Assembly (NCBI GenBank): GCA_951406725.2
Contig: OX597831.1
Coordinates: forward strand, 22,382,001 to 22,446,000
Direction: 5' to 3'
Source: Octopus vulgaris
Lineage: Eukaryota
DNA length: 64,000 nt
The translations under genes were made by a program, and so were the position numbers. Below the pieces are notes generated by a model. That model saw only the letters and a list, made by a program, of their open reading frames with translations, did not search any database and had not been told where the DNA came from. Shown piece after piece: positions 53,001-64,000 of this stretch (positions are counted from its first letter, which is position 1; each line of letters starts with the position of its first letter).

Positions 53001-53127
53001 TATTTAAGACAATTATGATTGTTATGCCTTAGTACAATTCGATTCACATTTAAATATATACAACGAATACATCTGGAAATTTAATTTTAAAATTCTAATT
53101 TTCACACCTAACTTTTGGCCACATTTG

Positions 53128-53159
<32 letters not shown>

Positions 53160-53324
53160 TATACATATATATACACACACATTTATATGCATATATAAGC
53201 AGATACATACACACACGCGCGAGTACTTAAGAAGCTAAGGATGAATCGCTGGGTAACTTGCTGGCTGGCTGGATAAATGGATGGATGGTGGACGGATAGC
53301 TGTGAGTGTGTGTGCATTCATATA

Positions 53325-53837
53325 TCTATATATATAAAACTGTAGTTGTGTGAGTGTCTGTACCCTTCGATTTAGATTCCTAACTACTCCCACATTTTGC
53401 AGTGCAGTTTAACCAAATTCGGGTATCTTATAGTCGTGATTCATATCGAGCCCGTCTGAGTATTAGCGCGCGTCTACGATGAGTCTACGATTTTAAAAAT
53501 AATTTAGCATCCTTTTTTATTCCATTTTAATGCATTATTTTTCGTGTGTCGATGGCGGCGGAGTTGGCGTCCATGGTCACACCTGCACCTGTTTGCTTCT
53601 CCCTCTTCTTCCCTCCCTCGTGAAGCTGTGGGGAAGGGAGTTTAAGGAAATCAACGTCGTGAAGCGTTGTCAAGGAGACCAGCGTTCTTTTAGAACAACG
53701 ACTTCATGGCTTGAAGGCACCAAAACAGAAATGGCTAAGAAAGCCCGAATTGGCATCTATAAGGGAAGTAACTCTCTAAAAATGCTTATATAGTAATTTC
53801 ATTTACAAACCCGAGCAACGCCGGGCGATACTGCTAG
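53325..53837 (+). mobile_element. Non-autonomous Helitron
   Basis: 5' TC, subterminal hairpin CCCGAGCAACGCCGGG, 3' CTAG. Inserted between A and T with no TSD. Confidence 0.85.
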
Positions 53838-54610
53838 TATATATATATACATATATAACAGACGCACGCACATTTGTATATATAGCTGCGTGCGCGTGTG
53901 TATGAACGTATAACTCTAACCCTAGACGCTACATGTATGTGCATGTCAGTTCGTAGATAATGTCTAGCTAGACAGCCTACTTCTTACAAACGAAATCAAT
54001 ACGACTTTATAACGTGACTTCACAATATTCACTTTAGTTCCGTATCGTATCTCTCACACTTGAATATCGCAAAGATCTTTCCGCCTCTCACCTTCTAACA
54101 TTTCACTGGCTGGAGGAGACAAAGTGAAAATAAAAATAAATAAAAAAAATAATAATTCGATTATATCATACCTCTGTGTGTCTGTGTGTGAAACCATACA
54201 TTCATACACACTCGTGCTCACGTATATAGGCATATACGTTCATACGTGCACTTACACACTCATATGTAAACGGGCATTTTGTCAATAAATATGTACGGAC
54301 ACGCGTATAATCACTCACGGTCTCACACATATATATACTTATAAAGGTGTACATTGATAGATAGACAGGTATATATTCATACGTGCATATACACAAAGAC
54401 AGATACATTCACACACACACACGCACGCACAGACACACACACACACACACACACACACTTGTATATGGATATGTTTGTCAGTACATATACAAATGAACAT
54501 ATATTTATAACTGCATCTATCTTTCTAGTATAGAGGTAAGGTTAAAATCCATGTACTTACATTCACACACACACGCACACACACACACACACACATTTAT
54601 ATATATATAT

Positions 54611-54656
<46 letters not shown>

Positions 54657-54665
54657 GCATATATA

Positions 54666-54713
<48 letters not shown>

Positions 54714-54754
54714 TACATATATATATATATATACATACACATCTATATATATAA

Positions 54755-55298
54755 TTCTTTACTGCCCACAAGGGGCTAAACACAGAGGGGACAAACAAGG
54801 ACAGACAAGGGGATTAAGTCGATTACATCGACCCCAGTGCGTAATTGGTACTTAATTTATCGACCCCGAAAGGATGAAAGGCAAAGTCAACCTCGGCGGT
54901 TTTTGAACTCAGAACGTAACGACAGACGAAATACGGCTACGCATTTCGACCAGCATGCTAACGGTTCTGCCAGCTCGCCGCCGCCATCTATCTATATATA
55001 TATATAAAAAAAGACTCCGCCGGTTACGACGACGAGGGTCCCAGCTGATACGATCAACGGAACAGCTTGCTCTAAATTAACGTGCATATATACCCTTAAC
55101 GTAGTATATCAGCGTGACACAGAGAGTGACAAGGCTGACCCTTTGAAATACAAGTACAACTCATTTTTGCCAGCTGAGTGGACTGGAGCAACGTGAAATA
55201 AAGTGTCTTGCTCAAGGACACAACGCGTCGCCGGGAATCGAACTCACAACCTTACGATCATGAGCCGAATGCCCTAACCACTAAGCCACGCGCCCTCA
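54755..55298 (-). mobile_element. SINE family B (54755-54983) and family C variant (55015-55298)
   Basis: Collinear with other copies. Confidence 0.88.
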
Positions 55299-55359
<61 letters not shown>

Positions 55360-55590
55360 GTACGTATATATATGTATATATATATATTTTTATATACACA
55401 CACATATACATAGTCATACATATATGTACGAATGTATATATATGTGTGTGTGTATGTTTGTATATATAGAGAGAATGAGCTAGGGGGATGGAGGGAGAGA
55501 GAGAGAACACACGCACATACCCGTTTATTCTGTATGTGCTTGGGTGTACATATAACTGCTTATATTGGTGTAGATAGGGATGTACGCATA

Positions 55591-55653
<63 letters not shown>

Positions 55654-56084
55654 AATACATTCCTGTCTCTCAAGAACACAGAAATGCATAAGTATATATA
55701 TACACATACATACATACATACATACACACATACATACATACATACATATATATACACTTTTATACAGATACATATCTAATAAATTAATTACCTATCAATT
55801 AATCTATCTAACTTTATGCAGATAATATTTATATATGTGAGTGCATATTCACGCATGCGTATGCCTGTGTGTGTATATACAATCATACGCATACATATAT
55901 GCATACAAGTGAAGTGCACACATCGAATATTGTAATTTTCGCACGGGTGTGAAATGTAATTAAGCGTAAAGAAGTACTCAATACTGTCAGATAGATTGGA
56001 ATATTAATATTCATTCTGAGATAAGTCGAATATTAATATATCTTATCAATATTTATTAATATTAATTCTCTACTTTCTAATAAT

Positions 56085-57500
56085 TGGTTTCAAATTTTGG
56101 CATAAGACCGGTTATTTCGTGTGGAGCGGGGTGTCGATTACATCGATCCCAATGCTCAACTTCTACTTATTTAATCGAACTCTGAAACGGAAGAAAAAGA
56201 AACGAAATGAAACGGTAATTCGAACTGGGTGGAATTTGAACTGGGAAAATACACACTGACGAAATGCCGCAAGCTAGGTTGTTCGGCGTGTTAACGATTC
56301 GGCCAAGCCACCATCTTGTATAGTCTCTTAATATTGGTTTTAAATTTTAGCTTAAGGCCAGCTTGTTCGGGGTGGTGGTCAAGTTTATTACATCTGATAC
56401 CAGTAGTCAACTGGTACTTGATTTATTGAACTTGGAAAGGATTAAGAGCAAAATCAGCGTCGGCTGAATTTGAACTCCAAATCTAAAGACTGGCGAAATG
56501 TTGCTAATGATTTGCCCGACGTGCTAACGAGTCTGACATCTTGCTGCCTTAAACAGACTACAGATATTCTTTTTTTACTCTACGCACAAAGCCCGAAATT
56601 TTGGTACAGGTGGCCAGTCGATTAGATCAACCCCCGTGCGCAACTGGTACTTAATTTATCGACCCCGAAAGGATGAAAGGCAAAGTCGACCTCGGCGGTA
56701 TTTTAACTCAGAACCTAGCAGCAGACGAAATGCCTATTTCTTTACTACCCACAAGGGGCTAAACACAGAGAGGACAAACAAGGACAAACAAACAGATTAA
56801 GTCGATTATATCGACCCCAGTGCGCAACTGGTACTTATCTAATCGACCCCGAAAGGATGAAAGGCAAAGTCGACTTCGGCGGAATTTGAACTCAGAACGT
56901 AGCGGTAGACGAAATACCGCTAAGCATTTCGCCCGGCGTGCTAACGTCTCTGCCAATTCGCCGCCTTAAACAGAATACTGATATTCCTTCTTAATCTCCG
57001 CACAAGGCCCGAAACAGAATACTGATTTTGATAGGATATAAGGATGGGAGCTGGCAGAATCGTTAGCACGTCGAGCAAAATGCTTAGCGACATATCGTCC
57101 GTCGTTACATTCTGTGTTCAAATACCACCGATGTCGTCTCGGTTTTTCATCCTTTCGCGGTCAGTAAAATACATACCTATTTCTTTACTACCCACAAGGG
57201 GCTAAACACAGAGGGGACGAACAAGGACAGACAAACGGATTAAGTCGATTGTATCGACCCCAGTGCGTAACTGGTACTTATTTAATCGACCCCGAAAGGA
57301 TGAAAGGCAAAGTCGACCTCGGCGGAATTTGAACTCAGAACGTAGCGTCAGACGAAATACGGCTAAGCATTTCGCCCGACGTGCTAACGCTTCTGCCAGC
57401 TCACCGCCTTACATACATACCAGTTGAACACTGGGGTTGATTGAAATCTCTTTACCTTCGTCTCCGTAATTGCTGGTCTTCCGTCAAAATTTGAACCCAA
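56085..57500. mobile_element. Pile-up of ~6 SINE family B copies of different ages
   Basis: Old copies at 56085-56550, younger at 56570-56967, and a minus copy 57177-57410 inside a plus copy 57045-57500. Confidence 0.88.
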
Positions 57501-57624
57501 TATTTCTTGTAAGCTAAGTCACCTGTCTGGAGACCCTCGCTCTATACTATCACGTGACTCAGGGTCACCTGAATATCGGACCAAGAAGCTCTTGTAGGCA
57601 GTATATACATATTGTTTTATTCTT

Positions 57625-58012
57625 TTCTTTTATTTGTTTCAGTAATTTGACTGCGACCATACTGGAGTTCTGCCTTGAAAGGTTTCAGTCGAACAAATCG
57701 ACCCCAGAACTTATCCTTTCAAAGCATAGTACTTATCGGTCCATTTTGTCGAACCACTAAGTTACAAGAACATAAACACACCAACACCGGTTGTCAAGCG
57801 GTGAGGGGGGGCAAATACAAACACACATACACACACATACACACAAATACATATATATATATAAAACAGGCTTCCTTCAGTTTCCGTCTACCAAATTCAC
57901 TATCAAGGCTTTCGTCAGTCCGAGGTTACAGTAGAAGACACACGGCCAAGGTGTCGCAGAGTGGGATTGGAACCAGAACACTGTGGTTGGGAAGCAAGCC
58001 TCTTACCACACA
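57625..58012 (-). mobile_element. SINE family A, older copy
   Basis: Collinear but more diverged. Confidence 0.85.
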
Positions 58013-58254
58013 AGAGGTGACGAACGGCACCTCCAGGAACAACAACACAAACAAAAACAGCAAAAGTCAGATGGACGTACACAATGAATATTGTTCTTCG
58101 AATGATGATTTTGGAGTGTTTAACTCGTAGACACCTTTACATTTGGATTATGTGACTGCTTTGAATTCCCTCGGGAGCATGCCGAATTTTTTACCATTGA
58201 CTATAGTTATAATTATTGATTTATATCTTATCTCTCTCTCTTCCTTTCCGTCTG

Positions 58255-58353
<99 letters not shown>

Positions 58354-58696
58354 GTCTATCTATCTATCCACCTACCTACCTAACTACCGACCTACCTACA
58401 TATCTACATAACACACTCTTTCTCTCACTTTTCCTTCTTTCTTTACGTATATTGAATTTGATTCTTTGATGTAGCACAATTTGGTATGCTTGTATCTATA
58501 TTTGTGCACCTATGTGGGCGCATGCGTGCGTATATATATGTATATACATTCTGATAAATATATATACATATACACGCGCACAGATGTATCTACGCGAACG
58601 CGAACATATAAGGATTTATATAACACACCAGCATCGGTTCTCAAGCGATGTTGCGGGGACAAACACACACATAAGCATACATGCACACACACACGG

Positions 58697-58731
<35 letters not shown>

Positions 58732-59160
58732 TATATACGCTCATTTATTAACGGAGTGTGAACACACACCAAGACACCAAGTCAACTATTGAAAAGATGG
58801 ACGTGTGCTGTCAAAGGTCTGACCTTTTGACCTTTCATAAGACACCACTATATATCGAAATATTTGTAATGCTGTAAGATCACACTTCTTTTTAAATCAA
58901 TAGATTTTCATTTATATATATATATATATAATGTATATATAATATACTATATATCTATAATATAAAAAATATATATACTATATATAATGTATATATAATA
59001 TAAATATATGTATATGTATATATATATATGTATATATATATTTATATATATGTATATTGGGTCATTAAGTTCGTTATTGAACAGAACGCTTCTCTTCATT
59101 CGCTTATAGTACTGGCTACATTTAAAAGATTCGTCACCTACACAAACCTATGTGTGTGTG

Positions 59161-59202
<42 letters not shown>

Positions 59203-59324
59203 CAGCCGAAATTTGCCATGATGATTCGGTTTCTGACTGAAGATTGAAGGTTTCGAATGACTTGTCTGTTTTCCGTGTTCATCCCTTCGTGTATTTCACG
59301 TTCTTTAAATATAAATTTTTATTC

Positions 59325-59415
<91 letters not shown>

Positions 59416-59553
59416 ATATATTTTTGTATGTATGTATGTATATATATATTTATATATATATATACACACACATATATGCACATATGAAGACTTACACAAA
59501 AGTATACGTAAACATATATATGTATTTATATATATATTTGTGTTTGTGTGTAA

Positions 59554-59584
<31 letters not shown>

Positions 59585-59941
59585 CGGTATTTTCACAAGC
59601 TTAAAGCTTATTGCGGTCACCGTGCAAAATATTCTAATAATGGGTCATTATTATCGTTTGACCACTGATTTTGGTGTGTTTACATGACAGTAACTTAGCG
59701 GTTCGGCCGAAGAGGGGATAGAATAAGCACCAGGCTTACGAAGAATAATTCCAGGGATCGATATCTTTGACTAAAAGGCGGTGCTCCAGCATGGCTACAG
59801 TCTTTTGCCGAACCGCTTAGTTACGGATACCTAAACACACCAGCATCGGTTCTCAAGCGATGTTGCGGGGACAAACACACACATAAGCATACATGCACAC
59901 ACACACGGACACACACACGCACACACACACACACACACACT

Positions 59942-60000
<59 letters not shown>

Positions 60001-60113
60001 ATATACATATCTCGGTGAGAATGGTTTTGTTATACGGTGCGGTGTTTTACAATCCTGTAAATAATAATAACGGTATTTTATATATATAGCGATCACCGTA
60101 TATGAATAAGGAA

Positions 60114-60239
<126 letters not shown>

Positions 60240-60270
60240 TATATGCTATATAGCGATATATATATATATA

Positions 60271-60312
<42 letters not shown>

Positions 60313-60445
60313 AGGAATGACCATCAATGTGGGTTCCTTATATGCTAAAGATAGACATCAAATCACCTTACCACGATAGTGTGTTCTCAAGAAAATTTCA
60401 GCAAACACCAGAAAATGAGCAAGACAAATAAAAAATATACATATT

Positions 60446-60511
<66 letters not shown>

Positions 60512-61714
60512 ATGAAAAATGTGGGTGTATAGATGTTAATATTAAGTTATTACACCTGGAAAAGTACAAAACAGTATTTCTACAGTAGATTTTGCCTAAT
60601 TTGTCACCTTTAAATCCGTTCGCATTTTACATTGTAATCTACTTTTTTCTTGGCAATGAAATAAAACTAACAAATAGTATTTTGTTAAAAAAATATTTGG
60701 ATTATTTGTCATTGTTAGTGATTGAATTAAAATACGAATTTTATGGTGTTCTTTTAATTTTCACATATTTTTCTTAAATTCTAAAAATAAGAGAAGTTAT
60801 CTGGAGAGAGTTTCGTTGGATTGACTAATATAAAATTGATTTTAAAAAGGCAAAAATGGCCAATGCATCCACTGCCAGACACAAGGTGCCACCTGACCTT
60901 TTGTTTTCTCTGAACAAAATTACTAGAAACTTTCAGGTCTGCCCATTGAAAGAAAGAAACAATAACAATATTTTAATGAAATTTCGAGGAATAACATTTT
61001 CTTAAAGGAAGTTTTCATATATATGCTAAAATTCCAGATTATAATCCAATTTTCATAAACTAATTTAAAACTGCAATTTCTATAAATGAAATATAATCTA
61101 CTTATTTTTAAAAATGCAAAAATAGCCAATGTATCCACCGTAAGACAGGAGGAGCCACCTGAAATTGTTAGATCAAAGTTAGTCAAAATTCATGCAAAAT
61201 AAAAATAAAGACTACAATTCAGGTACTGTTCTTGTCAACTTGTCTGAAAATAATAAAAAAAACCTGAAACCTGCAACTCTGAAAATCTAATCATACTATC
61301 TGAAAGCAAAAACCTTGTTAATTTACTCTGAGAAATAATAATCTAAATTCCGATAATTTTAATATTGAATTAAAGTTTAAAAGCAAACAAAAAAATTGTT
61401 AAAACTTCAGAAATTCTAACAATTTTGATCGTCGTAACACTTTGGTTTCGTTTGTTTAACCCATTAATGCCGATCGTCTGTTTAAACTGATAATTAATTT
61501 ATAAAGGTATAAAACAAATACTTGATATAAATTGTGATTTGTGTATGATCTGTATCAAAGAATGAAACAATTTCTTAACGCGTATGCAGTCAATTTGAAC
61601 AAACGCTTGCACCATAACTTATAACAACCACAGGACGCGCAGTGAATGGTAAGCCAGTTATTTCCAATTATTTAATTCTGTAGGCATTACTGTGGTTTCT
61701 TATACTCTTTACTT

Positions 61715-62117
61715 TTTTCTCTCTTACTTGTTTCAGTCATTTGACTGCGGCCATGCTGGAGCACCGCCTTTTAGTCGAGCAAATCGACCCCCAGGACTTA
61801 TTCTTTGTAAGCCTAGTACTTATTCTATCGGTCTCTTTTACCGAACCGCTAAGTAACGGGGACGTAAACATACCAGTATCGGTTGTCAAGCGATGTTGGG
61901 GGGACAAACACAGACACACAAACATATACATACACATGCATATATATATATACGACGGGCTTCTTTCAGTTTGCGGCTACCAAATCCACTCACAAGGCTT
62001 TGGTCGGCCCGAGGCTATAGTTGCAGACACTTGCCCAAGGTGCCACGCAGTGGGACTGAACCCGGAACTGTATGGTTGGTAAGCAAGCTACTTACCACAC
62101 AGCCACTCCTGCGCCTA
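61715..62117 (-). mobile_element. SINE family A, full length
   Basis: Collinear with 5335-5757. Confidence 0.92.
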
Positions 62118-62436
62118 TGTGTATTTTTTTTAAGATCATAGGTACGATGAATAATATTTTTGTTACGATTTGAGATTTATGTTGTAAACAATATAAAATA
62201 TAGCACACTGTCCGTTATAACGGATACCCGGCAACTGAGACATTAAACAGAGGGTAACCCCCTTCGGTTATGAATGACCATGGGATTGCACCTAAAAAGT
62301 TATCCTCCGAAGCACAGTTGCTTATGGAAGACTAGGTGTTTAAGAATTTCGCTTGCTTTGCAACTATATGGAATGAACTTGATAGACCGAGACTATGGGG
62401 ACGCCCGTCATGCGTGTGTGCTTGTGTGTGTGTAAA

Positions 62437-62504
<68 letters not shown>

Positions 62505-63321
62505 ATTGTATCTATCTATCTATTTACCTCTCTCTCTATATATATATTTGTTTATATGTATGTATAGATATATGTATGTATGTATGTATGCTGTATATAT
62601 GTATATATGTATATATAAATATATATAAAATGTGGGTGTGTGTGGGTGTAAATATGTATATGATATATCTGGAAATCCGTAAATACCTGTATAGTTTATA
62701 TCAATAATAAAGAGAATGGCGTAAGCAATTCGCTTTCTTACGTTAGTTTACAATTGTTTCATCGATATTTTATCAGAACAGTATTGCTTTACTAATTATA
62801 TGATATGTGTAACACTACATTGCATCAGCAATTTTATACTAATATCGCAAAAATATCGTCTGATCAGCTTTACGCATAAAATCCATTTGCTCTGTTTAGA
62901 TACAGCTAAATATGTAGCTGTTTGTGTGTTGACACCTTTGTTAAAATCCCAGTGACATTCGAAAACCGATTAAGCCTATTCATATTTATCTCCGGTCTAC
63001 AAAGAAATAGTTTAAATTCGTTCTGCTTATGTATATATTTCATAGGTTATGTAATTTATATCATACATTGATATCGTGTCGACAGATCTTCATGTCAGGC
63101 CGCTGGTAATAACTAAAGAGTTAAACGCTTGCGGTATGCAAATTAATAATTCGAGTTCTCTGTAACTACCGGATTTTATATAGACAGATCGGCTGATTGT
63201 TTTTTGTGTGATTGATCAAAGTGATGTAGGCAACTCTGATGAGAATCCAATTGAATTCCAAAATCGATTGATGTTCTTCTTCATTTTTGTCAATGTATAG
63301 GAGAGATAATTCAATTTGCCT

Positions 63322-63379
<58 letters not shown>

Positions 63380-63809
63380 TTTACTCATTTTCTTGTTTCA
63401 GTCATTTGACTGTGGCCATGCTGGAGCACCGCCTTTAGTCGAGCAAATCGACCCCAGGACTTATTCTTTGTAAGCCTAGTACTTATTCTATCGGTCTCTT
63501 TTGCCGAACCGCTAAGTTACGGGGACGTTAACACACCAGCACCGGTTATCGAGCGATGTTGGGGGGACAAACACAGACACACAAACACACACACACACAC
63601 ACACGCATATATATACATATATATATATATATAAATACGTACATGACGGGCTTCTTTCAGTTTCCGTCTACCAAATCCACTCACAAGGCTTTGGTCGGCT
63701 CGAGGCTATAGTTGAAGACACTTGCCCAAGGTGCCATGCAGTGGGACTGAACCCGGAACCATGTGGTTTGTAAGCAAGCAACTTACCACACCAGCACTCC
63801 TACGCCTAT
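63380..63809 (-). mobile_element. SINE family A, full length
   Basis: Collinear with 5335-5757. Confidence 0.92.
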
Positions 63810-63958
63810 ATATATATAACTAGCTAGACAGACAGACTTCTAGACAAACTGTCAGCTAGATAGACAGACAAACAGCTATATAGGTAGCTATCTAGCTGTC
63901 TGTCTGTCTCACACACACACACACACACACACTCTCTCTCTCTCTCTCTCTCTCCATA

Positions 63959-63994
<36 letters not shown>

Positions 63995-64000
63995 CGATGG

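Overview
Repeat-dense, AT-rich eukaryotic DNA, intronic or intergenic. The mollusc-type 5S sequence and the SINE/microsatellite content suggest a coleoid cephalopod (Octopus); this is an inference, not a database match. No intact host protein-coding gene is supportable, and almost all ORFs in the supplied track are translations of microsatellites. The window contains: a decayed Tc1 element with a DD36E triad, several R4/Dong-like LINE fragments, a HERO-like non-LTR 3' fragment, RTE/CR1 fragments, mariner/pogo/hAT/Merlin-like MITEs, a non-autonomous Helitron, three tRNA-derived SINE families, a 5S-derived SINE and several Penelope-type hammerhead motifs. The most interesting signals are: (1) an intact hammerhead ribozyme core with its strands in a non-circularly permuted order in the HERO 3' UTR (11906-11978); (2) a ~130-bp near-invariant CRE/E-box/Sox module inside an otherwise diverged duplication whose copies lie ~14 kb apart; (3) a Merlin-like MITE carrying a telomeric-repeat foldback; (4) a Pol III tRNA-head plus hammerhead composite; (5) a 5S-headed SINE sharing its tail with a tRNA SINE. 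Repeat boundaries were read by eye and are approximate unless TIRs or TSDs are quoted.
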